From contig CAVUXE010000058.1 of the NCBI GenBank assembly GCA_963745235.1, positions 96,001-160,000 of the forward strand: a stretch of 64,000 nt of DNA, written 5' to 3'. This document shows, in pieces, positions 25,447-36,490 of this stretch. The notes under the pieces were generated by a model. It worked only from the letters and a program-made list of their open reading frames with translations, made no database searches and had not been told where the DNA came from. Positions within the stretch are counted from its first letter, which is position 1; each line of letters starts with the position of its first letter. The stretch is from an uncultured Spirochaetota bacterium. GTDB lineage: Bacteria > Spirochaetota > Spirochaetia > SZUA-6 > Fen-1364. The translations under genes were made by a program, and so were the position numbers.

Positions 25447-25632
25447 ATTCGACTGCCCCTTTCTCTACGATTGAAATGACTGGATTGCATGATGTAGTGA
25501 CTTGTGATAGCCTAATCAATACCCCGAAGGCTGAAGCAAAGTCAAGCCGCGCTCCTCCTGAGCGCCCGCCGGGGAACTTCTGCAAGGGATAGCAAAGCCC
25601 CAGGGCTTGATCTAACGACGGAGGAAATCGAT

Positions 25633-26211
25633 ATGGATAAATCGGTCAAGGGCTCGAAAACCGAGCAGAACCTGCTCAAGGCTTTTGCGGGGGAATCCCA
25701 GGCGCGAAATCGCTACACGTATTTCGCCAGCGCCGCCCGAAAAGAGGGATTCCAGCAGATCGCCAACATCTTCCAGGAAACGGCGGACAACGAAAAAGAG
25801 CACGCGAAGGTCTTCTTCTCTCACCTGGAGGGTGGTGCCCTGGAGGTCACGGCGATGTTCCCGTCCGGGGCCATCATGGACACGAAGATGAATCTCCAGG
25901 CGGCGGCAGAGGGGGAGCTCGAAGAGTGGACAGCCCTGTACCCGGTATTCGGAAAGACTGCCCGGGAAGAGGGCTTCCCGGAGGTTGCCAGGTCATTCGA
26001 GCAGGTGGCCAAGGCGGAGAAGTTCCACGAATCGCGCTACCGCAGGCTCCTGGACAACGTGGCCAACGGGGAGGTCTTCAAGAAGAAGACCGCGGTGAGG
26101 TGGCACTGCATCAACTGCGGATACATCTTCGAGGGGCCGGAACCCCCGAAGGAATGCCCGGCGTGCAAGCACCCCCAGGCTTTCTATGAGCTTCTCGCGG
26201 AGAACTACTAG
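25633..26211 (+). CDS. rbr: rubrerythrin
   Basis: [23 protein letters not shown] and a C-terminal rubredoxin domain CINCG...CPAC. Confidence 0.95.
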   Translation: MDKSVKGSKTEQNLLKAFAGESQARNRYTYFASAARKEGFQQIANIFQETADNEKEHAKVFFSHLEGGALEVTAMFPSGAIMDTKMNLQAAAEGELEEWTALYPVFGKTAREEGFPEVARSFEQVAKAEKFHESRYRRLLDNVANGEVFKKKTAVRWHCINCGYIFEGPEPPKECPACKHPQAFYELLAENY

Positions 26212-26280
26212 ACCATAGATCCCTCGGCGCGCGAAAGCGCGGCAGTCGCGCGCCCTGTCAGTGTCGGCCTTGCAATGCCC

Positions 26281-26800
26281 ATGGCTGTGCTCCTTGGTGT
26301 CGACATAGGCTCAGTCTCGATATCAGTCGCGCTCGTCAGCGGGGAGGAGATCCTCCGTACCGGGCACCGCGCCCACGGCGGGAAAGTCCGGGAGGCGCTT
26401 CACGGATGGCGCGCTCCCTTCTTTCCTGCAACATCGGGATGTTCCCCTCGTTCATCAAGAGCCTCATGGAAGCCCGGGGATGCGGGATGGAGAAGGTCGA
26501 GGTGTTTCCCGGGAGCGCCTTCTGCATCGACGTCTCCCTCCGGGCCAGCATCAACGCATACCGGGCCTACCTGGCCGGCGGGCTCCTGCGGCGCCTTGGG
26601 TGCAGGCTGCGCCCCCGTGAGAAAGAGCCTGGAGCGACGGATGACGCCATTTCCCGGTCGCTTGCACTCCTCCTGCCGGCGTTCGAAGGCCGATCTTCGA
26701 TGCATGAAGCGATGCAGAACGTTGCGGCCCTCTTTGCCGGGATTCGGACCGCGGAGGCTGATCTGCCTAAAGTGGCGATTTTTGGAGACCTCTATGTCCG
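26281..26800 (+). pseudogene. internally deleted remnant of a 2-hydroxyacyl-CoA dehydratase activase-like multidomain gene
   Basis: N-terminal ASKHA motif LGVDIGSVSI (about 40 codons) is joined directly to a late segment (GLLRRLGCRLRPRE...PKVAIFGDLYVR) that runs into the murD 3' end. Confidence 0.6.
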
Positions 26801-26810
26801 CGGCCGCGGG

Positions 26811-28206
26811 TTAGCCCGAGGTAGCCTCCAGCACGGTCTGCTTGAACATCGCGCCCCTCTCGAACTCGTTTCGAAACATGCCGAAGGAGGTGCAGCCCGG
26901 GGAGAACAGCACCGCGGCCTTCTCCTCTCCGCCGCCCGCCGCCGAGAGGGCGGTGTCCACCGCGCTGGCAAGGTCTCCGAAAGGGCCTTCGTAGGCCACT
27001 CCTTCCCTGTCCAGCAGGGACCGTATCTTCTCCGTGCCGCTTCCCGCAAGGAGCACGAGGGCGCGCGGCACGCTGGCGATCTCCAACAGCGGGGAGAAGT
27101 CGATGTTCTTGTCAGTGCCCCCCATGATGAGGATGACGGGGGGTTCGATCGACTTGACGGCCTGCACGGTTGCCTGCGGGATGGTCGCAGCAGAGTCGTT
27201 GTAAAACCTCAGCTTTTTCCATTGATGGAACATCTCCAGCCTGTGCTCGACCCCGGGAAACTCCGCCAGCGCTCTGCGGACCACCTCCGCCTTGACCCCA
27301 TAGATCTGAAGGACCAGGCCCGCGCAGAGGAGATTGACCGCGTTGTGAACCCCCGGCAGCCGCTTTTCGCAGAGTATGGTCTTCTCATCCCCGGCCAGGC
27401 GCACCTTTCCCTTCTCCCCGTCCAGCCAGGCCCCGCGCAGCCCGTCCGGGAGATCCGATGCGGAGTAGAAGAAAGGCTGGGCCCGCGTCTCCCGGGGGAA
27501 CTCGCGCTGCCACGGGTCGTCGAGGTTGAAGACTGCCTTCTGGTCTTCCCGCTGCTCCTGGTAGATGGCTTTCTTGTCCGCGACGTACTCCCGCATCCCG
27601 CGTACTTGTCCAGGTGATCGGGCAGGATCACCGTGAAGACGGAGACTGCCGGGCGGAGGATGCCGCGGCCGCGCAGGTCTCCGAGCTGCCAGGAGGAAAG
27701 CTCCAGGACCACCGGGCGTGCGGGGGTCTATCGTATCCAGGAAAGCCAGGGGGGAGACGGTGATGTTTCCCGCCAGGCGGTGCGCCGGGAAGCACCCTGC
27801 CAAGGCCGAAGGCGATGGCCGAGGCGGTGGTGGATTTTCCCTTGGATCCGGTGACGGCGATGATCGGGTTCTTTGCCAGGGAGAGGAAGATGGAAAGGTC
27901 CGTCTCGATGGGCATGCCCCGGGCTTGCGGCTTCCAAGAACCGGGAGGCGGGAGGAACCGCCGGATTCTTGATGACGAGGTCAGTCGCCCGTGAAGTCCT
28001 GCTCCTCATGCTTCTCAAGGACGTAGCGCACCGGCAGCCCGGAGAGCTTTTCGATGGAGTCCTTGAGCAGCGCTTCCGCGCGCAGGTCCGTCACGGTCAC
28101 CTGGGCCCCGTGATTCGCGAAGAAACTGCGCGGATGCAAGGCCGCCGCCGTTGATCCCCAGCCCCATGACGGTGACCTTCATGCCGTGAAAACGCCTCTG
28201 CGTCAA
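26811..28206 (-). CDS. murD: UDP-N-acetylmuramoyl-L-alanine--D-glutamate ligase (multiple frameshifts)
   Basis: VTVMGLG..GGG, AVTGSKGKSTT, LELSSWQL, PDHLD, GVEHRLE, YNDSAAT, FSPGCTSFGMF. Confidence 0.93.
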
Positions 28207-29151
28207 TCTTCAACCTTGAACTCCCTCATGTCCGATTCGTTCAGGTACGCCTCCACCCGAAGGTTGTCCCACGCCTCGTACCACGCCGGCGGCACCCTGG
28301 CCTTGAGCTCCCGGAAACAGGGCAGCTCCTCGGAGAACTTCGTGTCCTTCATCTCCGCCTGGATCTCTTCCATATCGGGAAGGAGAAACCCCAGGACGCG
28401 GTGGAGGACGGGCACCGCCGTCGCCGCGGCCTCCGGGTGAGAGTGCGACCACGGACTGGCAGACGGTCTTGTACTTGCAGAGGTACGGATAGTAGGGGTA
28501 GGTCTTCCTGTTCGGAGGGAGGAAGAGCCTGGTGAAGAACTTCGTGAGGTCGCGTCCATCCAGATGCCCTGCACGAAGTAGCCTCTGCCCTGCTCTCCGA
28601 TCCAGGTCTGCGAAATGGTCTGACGGATGCGAAATGCCCTGCGCCGTGCCGTCGTCCCGCACCACTTCCTCCAGCGGGACGATGGTGTCCTCCAGGAAGA
28701 GCCTGCGCGAGGCGTACCAGGGGGTCACGTCGTTGGTGCCCCGCTCGATCACCGTGCTTTCCGTGGCCCGCATCATGAGATCGATCCGCAGGAGGTAGAG
28801 GTAGCAGCTCTCCTCCACGCGGTAGACCTGGTAGAAGCAGGGCCGGAGGATCTCGGCAGGATCGAAGAAGTAGGTCAGGCCTTCAGGACCTGGGGCGCGA
28901 GCGCCGCGATCTGCTCCGTGACGCTCTTCAGGGTGGACGAGATAATCCTGGCTGGGCACGGAGCAGGCGCACGTCGTGGTGGATCGGGATGTGCGGGACG
29001 GTGTACTCGCCCTCGAGCTGCAGGAAGAAATCCTCGCTCTGGTTGAAGTGGCGGCTGAACGGCGTCTGACCCCGTCGCCGATGGCTTCGAGGAGGCGTTG
29101 ATGGCAGCGTCGGAGTAGCCTGACCCGGATCTCATTCGAAATCTGCTCCAC
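28203..29151 (-). CDS. conserved hypothetical protein (frameshifted)
   Basis: Coherent protein-like segments in several frames (TYFFDPAEILRPCFYQVY, DLTKFFTRLF..YYPY..KYKTVC, VEAYLNESDMREFKV). Stop overlaps the murD start. Confidence 0.65.
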
Positions 29152-29229
29152 CGTTTCACATTTAACTGAAATCGGCCGTCCGCCGCAATCCGCCCGCAGG
29201 CGATGCCATCTGCCGCGCGGCCATGCCCG

Positions 29230-31187
29230 CTACAGCTTGTCCGGTGAAACGACCGGCCCGTGCGCCCTCTTCAGGGCCAGCAGGCCGCGCTTCTGCTCCT
29301 CGTAGACCTCGAAGAGGCGAGGCGGCATCTTCTTGTCCTTGCGGTATGCCTCTTCCTGGAGCTGGATGCGGGCCAGGATGTTGTCCACGTAGAAGGAGAA
29401 CTGCTTGTCGTACAGGGTCTGGGGATATTCCTTGCCGACCGTCTCCTCGAAGACCGTCTTCAGGTCCTCGTAGCGCGGGATGAAGCCGATGGGGGTCTCG
29501 ATTGCGCCCACCTCGCCGTGCGCGTACCTCTCCAGCCAGGACAGCCAGGCCTTCACGTCCCGCTTTTCCCCCAGGAGCTTGTTCAGGTCTCCGCCGCGCG
29601 CGCAGTCCAGCAGGAAGTAGTTGAGCCCCGCGATGAGGGGCCGTCCCTGCGCGCGAGAACTTCTTCGAGTTGAAGAACAGGAACTGCGCCTCCATGTAGT
29701 CCCCCAGGGGGCAGGGGATGAAGGGGGAGTTGGCCCACGGCTGCCGGTTCACTCCCTTCGCGCCCACCTCCGTGGCCGTGGCCGCCGAAAGGATGGAGGC
29801 GCCGATCACGACGCCGTGGTCCGGGTTCTTCGCCACCCAGACCGGGGGCATGGTGTCGCTGTCCCGTCCGCTGTAGGTGATGACCTTGATGGGCACCCCC
29901 GCCGGGTCCCAGGCCGCCTGCCTGTTGAAGTTCGCCGATGGCGTCATTGGTGAGGGTGATCCGGGCGTTCGGGTTGGAGACGGGAACCGGCTTGCCGTTC
30001 TTGTCCTTCTTTCCGGGCCACCAGTCGCCCTGGAAGTTTCTGCCCCTCTGCGGCAGCGGCTCGCCGCTTCCCGTCCAGTGCGGGACGCTGTTCTCGTCCA
30101 CCAGGACGTTGGACCAGATCACCTCCGTGCCCTGTTCCCGCAGGCACTTGTAGAGGTACGGGTCTCCTTCCTTGTTCAGGTCCTCCACGATCCCGAAGAT
30201 CCCGATCTCGGGATTCACCGCCCGCAGCGTGCCGTCCGCGTCGATCCACATCTGCGCAAGGTCGTCTCCGACGTAGTCGGTCCCGACCATTGCCGTCGTG
30301 GTCTTGCCGCACCCCGACGGGGCCGCGCCGGCAAAGAACGTCTTTCTGCCGCCCGGGCCGGTCATGCCCGTGATGAACATGTGCTCGGAGAGCTCCTTCT
30401 CCCGCCGGTAGTACGTGCACAGGTCAACGGCGAAGCGATGGTTGCCCTTCTTCAGCATGAGCGTGTTCCCCGCGTAGGTGCAGTACATGCTGAACGTCGT
30501 GAACCAGCTCCTGTCCATGAAGATGCGCGCCCGGGGGATGTCTTCCGACCTGTTGGTGCCCTGGCTGTGGACGTTCGTGAAGAACACGCCGGCGCGTTTG
30601 GCCTCGGCGTCGAAGGGGTCGAAGACGTTGCGGTAGAGGATGTTGGCGCTGTGCAGGACGTACGCGGAGCTGGAGATCATGAGAGCGGGGATGGAAGCCT
30701 GGGCGCCGACGGGCCCGCGGTTGTAGAACCCCACCAGCAAGGTCTTGCCCTTCATGATGCCGGCCATGGTGGCGCGGATGTACTCCAGCGCTTCCGGGCG
30801 GAGCATCTTCTTGGCGAGCGAGCTGACCTCTTCGTCCTCGTTGGCGATGTAGTAGGTCTGGTCCACCATGCGGCCCTGGTCCTCGGGGAGGTCGAAGTGG
30901 AGAGTGTGGTCCTTCATGGCGAGCGGACACTCTTCTCCTGCCTCCAGGCTCATCCGGCGGCACGCCTCCGCGTCCTGGGGCCCCGAGCCGACGATGAACA
31001 CCCGGTCCGGGGCGCACATGGTGATGGCGTTGGCGATTTTGACCAGCGCGTCAGCGGTGGATACCTTCGCTATCTTTGCCGCGTTCGAAGCGTCCAGGGA
31101 CGCTGCGAAAACCTTGCGCGCCTCGTCCATGGTCCGCACCCGTCCGACCTCGGCCAGGATGTCGGTGCCTTTTCTGAGCTCCAGCAT
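29230..31187 (-). CDS. pckG: phosphoenolpyruvate carboxykinase (GTP) (multiple frameshifts in the 3' third)
   Basis: YAGNTLMLKK, LSEHMFI, AAPSGCGKT, VGDDLA, AVNPEIGIFG, NPNAR, ETPIGFIP. Confidence 0.92.
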
Positions 31188-31208
31188 GATCTTCCCCCAA
31201 CTCCGCAG

Positions 31209-31222
31209 TGTAAACAGTTACA
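31209..31222. promoter_or_regulatory. palindromic operator-like site between the divergent PEPCK genes
   Basis: TGTAA-ACAG-TTACA, AT-rich in a GC-rich background, 22 bp upstream of pckG. Confidence 0.5.
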
Positions 31223-31320
31223 TGACTCAATTTTCTCATTCCTGTCAATCGTTCGCTCTCTGATTCCCGCGGACGCTCCCGGTGGTATAGAATCCCTTTC
31301 CCGGGCGACAAGGAGGTGTC

Positions 31321-33078
31321 GTGGAAAACATCGCGTTTGCTGTCCTTGACAGGAAAGTCATCATGCGGGTCAGGCGTCGTTTCTGTGAAACCCCTGATGA
31401 GCTCCTGCAGAGCGATCTTTTTCGCGACATCCTGCGCCGCTGCCTGCGGGAGCTGGCCAGGCGGGATTCCCCCCTCCTTGTCTTCCTGGACGGGAAGCAC
31501 GACCAGGAAGCATCCAGCACGGTGCTGATCCAGGCACTGTCTTTCCTGACGAAGATCCCCCTTGTCCTGGTGCCCAATATCGTGCAGGGCGCCGCCTCGT
31601 TCCCCGCTCACGCCCGGTGCCTGGCGGACTTTGTCGAGTACCTCTACAATTTCTGGAGGAGCTTCGAGCGGTACGCGGTCTGCGATTCGGAGGGGGACGC
31701 GCTGGACAAGCGGCCGTACCGGACGTTCAACGAAACCGTTGAAAACTTCTCTCACCTCGTGCGCGGCGTGTATCGTGACATCCAGGAGAACATCCAGGGC
31801 ATACATCCGCGGATCTACCGGCAGCTCCACGCTGGCGTTGAGATGTCCGCAATTGCCCTTTCCCAGGAGATCCCCCTCCCGCCGGGACCCTACGAGAAGC
31901 TGCGCGGCGTGGCGGTGATCCGCCAGATCCTCCTCAACCCGCCCCTCATTCTGGAGCCGCCCATGAACAAGAGGACGGGGTCGTTCATCCGGGTGGAAGA
32001 GAACCCGCTCCACCGGGTGAGCGTCCATGCCGGTGACTGGCTCTGCTACCCGGCGCGCGTCGGGGACCTCCTCATCCTGGTCTATTTCCACAACACGTTC
32101 TTCGAGCTGGGGTTTTCCCTGTGCAACCTCTTCGAGATCGCGGACGACAAGGACCTCACCCGCGCCCCGGACGCGTTGTACGTCTTCGGGGACCCGACGG
32201 ACGGGCTGTCCGGAATCGCGGAGATGCCCACCGTTTTCCATGACGACACCGACAACGGCCTGTTTGTCGCCGCGGTCCCCAACCGCAGGGAGTACGGGTA
32301 TTTCGGCTATCTGAAAAAGATGGTGCTGACGCTGCACAACGCGATCAAGATGAAACAGGGGCGGCTGCCGTTCCACGGCGCCCTGCTCTCCATCCAGCTC
32401 AAGGGCGGGCGCGGAGCCAACGTCCTCCTGATGGGCGACACCGGGGCCGGCAAGTCGGAGACCATCGAGGCTCTGCGGGGGATGGCGGATGCGGAGATAC
32501 GGGAGCTCGCCATTGTCGCTGACGACATGGGCTCCCTGGAGCTGCGGGATGACGGCGTGATTGCCTACGGAACTGAGATCGGGGCCTTCCTCCGCCTGGA
32601 TGACCTGAGCCCCGGTTTCGCCTTCGGGCAGATCGACCGCGCCATCATCATGAGCGCCAGCAGGACGAACTCGCGGATCGTGCTCCCGGTGACCGACTAC
32701 GCGAGCATCATCCGCGGCGTGCGGCTGGACTGCGTGCTGTACGCGAACAATTACGAGGAAGTGGATGATGACCATCCCGTGCTGGAGCGCTTCGACAGCG
32801 TGGCAGAGGCCCTGAAGGTGTTCCGTGACGGCACATCCATGAGCAAGGGAACCACGACCTCCACCGGCCTGGTCCACACCTACTTTGCCAACATCTTCGG
32901 GCCGCCGCAGTACCGCGAGCTGCACGAGCAGCTCGCCGGGAGGTTCTTCTCCGCCTTCTTTGCCAACGGCACGTTCGTCGGCCAGCTGCGCACGAGGCTC
33001 GGCATCCCGGGCAAGGAGGCCGAAGGTCCGAAGGAGGCGGCACGGCACCTCCTTCGCCTCATTGCGGACGGGAGTTGA
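31321..33078 (+). CDS. divergent PEP carboxykinase-like P-loop protein
   Basis: GYLKK, LPFHGA, GDTGAGKSET, VADDMG, GTEIGAF and TNSR occur in the same order as PEPCK catalytic motifs. Confidence 0.75.
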   Translation: MENIAFAVLDRKVIMRVRRRFCETPDELLQSDLFRDILRRCLRELARRDSPLLVFLDGKHDQEASSTVLIQALSFLTKIPLVLVPNIVQGAASFPAHARCLADFVEYLYNFWRSFERYAVCDSEGDALDKRPYRTFNETVENFSHLVRGVYRDIQENIQGIHPRIYRQLHAGVEMSAIALSQEIPLPPGPYEKLRGVAVIRQILLNPPLILEPPMNKRTGSFIRVEENPLHRVSVHAGDWLCYPARVGDLLILVYFHNTFFELGFSLCNLFEIADDKDLTRAPDALYVFGDPTDGLSGIAEMPTVFHDDTDNGLFVAAVPNRREYGYFGYLKKMVLTLHNAIKMKQGRLPFHGALLSIQLKGGRGANVLLMGDTGAGKSETIEALRGMADAEIRELAIVADDMGSLELRDDGVIAYGTEIGAFLRLDDLSPGFAFGQIDRAIIMSASRTNSRIVLPVTDYASIIRGVRLDCVLYANNYEEVDDDHPVLERFDSVAEALKVFRDGTSMSKGTTTSTGLVHTYFANIFGPPQYRELHEQLAGRFFSAFFANGTFVGQLRTRLGIPGKEAEGPKEAARHLLRLIADGS

Positions 33079-33109
33079 AAGGAGACGGCGGAGACCTCCC
33101 CGCGGCTCA

Positions 33110-33451
33110 CTATCCGATTGCGATCTTGCCCGTCTCTCCGCTTCGGATCCGGATGCACTCCGCGAGCTCAACGACGAAGATCTTGCCGTCACCGATGTTG
33201 CCCGTGCGCGCGCCCCTCACGATTGCGTCCACCGTGGGCTTCACGTAGTTGTCGTTCACCGCGATCTCCAGCCGCACCTTTTTCAGCAGGTTGCCGGCTT
33301 CCTTGACTCCGCGGTACACCTCGGTGACTCCCTTCTGCCTGCCGCAACCCAGGACGTTCGTCACCGTCTTGAGATAGACCTCCTTCTTGTCCAGCTCCTG
33401 GAGGACCTCGTCGAGCCTGTGGGGTTGGATGATTGCTATGATGAGTTTCAT
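33110..33451 (-). CDS. glnK: P-II nitrogen regulatory protein
   Basis: [40 protein letters not shown]. Adjacent to amtB. Confidence 0.93.
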   Translation of the reverse strand: MKLIIAIIQPHRLDEVLQELDKKEVYLKTVTNVLGCGRQKGVTEVYRGVKEAGNLLKKVRLEIAVNDNYVKPTVDAIVRGARTGNIGDGKIFVVELAECIRIRSGETGKIAIG

Positions 33452-33462
33452 CGCTTTCTCCT

Positions 33463-34708
33463 TCAATCGATGAGCGTGTAGGCGCTCTCTTTGTGCTGGG
33501 TGTTGTCCAGGCCGATCGCCTCGTCCTGCTCCTTCACCCGCAGCCCCATGGTCAGGTCCAGCACCTTGGCGATGATGAACGTGACAACCACGGCGTATGC
33601 GATGGTCGCCCCGGCCGCCACCGCGTTGACGGCGAACTGGTGGGGATTTCCGAAAAAGAGGCCATCGGCGCCGCCCGCGTTGATGATCTTCTGCGCGAAG
33701 AGGCCCGTGCACAGCGCGCCAACCGTGCCGCCCACGCCGTGGACGCCGAAGGCGTCCAGCGAGTCGTCGTAGGCGAGCCTCTGCTTCACCACGGCGACTG
33801 CGACGTAGCATACGACCGCGACAATGAGACCGATGAAGATGGCTGAAATCGGGGATGACGAACCCGGAGGCGGGGGTGATGGCGACAAGCCCCGCCACGG
33901 CGCCCGTGGCCGCGCCGAGCACCGTCGGCTTGCGGGTGACGAACCAGTCGATGATCACCCACCCGATGGCCGCCGTGGCGGTTGCCGTGTTCGTGTTGAT
34001 GAAGGCGGACACGGCAAGCTCGTTGGCCTGGACGGCGCTTCCCGCGTTGAACCCGAACCAGCCGAACCACAGGAGGGCCGCGCCGATGAGCGTGTAGGTC
34101 ATGTTGTGCGGCGGCGGGGTGATGCGCGGGAACGCCCGTCCTCCTGCCGATGACCAGCGCGACGACGAGGGCCGACATGCCCGAGGACATGTGCACAACC
34201 GTTCCGCCGGCGAAGTCCAGCGCTCCGAGGTTGTGCAGCCACCCGTCCTTGCCCCAGACCCAGTGCGCAATCGGGTCATAGACCAGGGTCGCCCACAGGA
34301 GAGTGAAGACCACGAATGTCGAGAACTTGATCCTCTCCGCGAACGCGCCCGTGATGAGCGCGGGGGTGATGACGGCGAACATCATCTGGAAGACCATGAA
34401 GAGCTGGTGAGGGATGGTGGCCGCGTAGTCGGGGTTCGGCGTCAGGCCGACGCCGTTCAGGCCGAACCAGGACAGGTTCCCGAAGAGGTGTCCGACGTCC
34501 GGGCCAAAGGCCAGGCTGTAGCCCCACAGGACCCACTGGATGCTGATGAGACAGAGGATGAAGAAAGACTGCATCATCGTGGAGAGGACGTTCTTCCGCC
34601 GAACGAGGCCGCCGTAGAACATGGCGAGCCCCGGGGCGGTCATGAGCCATGACGAGCGCCGTCGACGCAAGGACCCACGCTGTGTCGCCGGAATTGATTG
34701 TTGAGCAT
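33463..34708 (-). CDS. amtB: ammonium transporter (multiple frameshifts)
   Basis: [57 protein letters not shown]. Confidence 0.95.
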
Positions 34709-34749
34709 TGAATCCCTCCTTGCTTATGAAATCGATGCAGGAGGATTCA

Positions 34750-34766
34750 TGCAATGATCGTGCCAG
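34750..34766 (-). promoter_or_regulatory. sigma-54 (-24/-12) promoter for amtB-glnK
   Basis: Minus strand reads CTGGCAC-GATCA-TTGCA, the TGGCAC-N5-TTGC consensus, about 40 bp upstream of the amtB ATG. Confidence 0.85.
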
Positions 34767-34767
34767 C

Positions 34768-36339
<1,572 letters not shown>

Positions 36340-36368
36340 TTCTCCTTGCAGTCTCCTAGCAGAAAAAC

Positions 36369-36413
36369 CTACAGAATTGTAGCTGGGTCGCCTTAAAAGA
36401 TACCGAAATGTAG
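36369..36413. promoter_or_regulatory. twin palindromic sites upstream of the activator gene
   Basis: CTACA-GAAT-TGTAG (36369-36382) and ATACC-GAAA-TGTAG (36400-36413), 31 bp apart. Confidence 0.6.
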
Positions 36414-36435
36414 TGCTCTTTCATCATGCCGTCAA
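36407..36435 (-). promoter_or_regulatory. candidate sigma70 promoter of the activator gene
   Basis: TTGACG-17 nt-TACATT on the minus strand. Confidence 0.6.
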
Positions 36436-36454
36436 CTGCCCCGGGTTCTTCGCG

Positions 36455-36483
36455 TTGACAGGGTCGCGGCCTCCCCGTATAAA
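36455..36483 (+). promoter_or_regulatory. candidate sigma70 promoter of the aminotransferase (probably leaderless)
   Basis: TTGACA-17 nt-TATAAA, 7 nt before ATG 36491. Confidence 0.65.
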
Positions 36484-36490
36484 CCACTTC

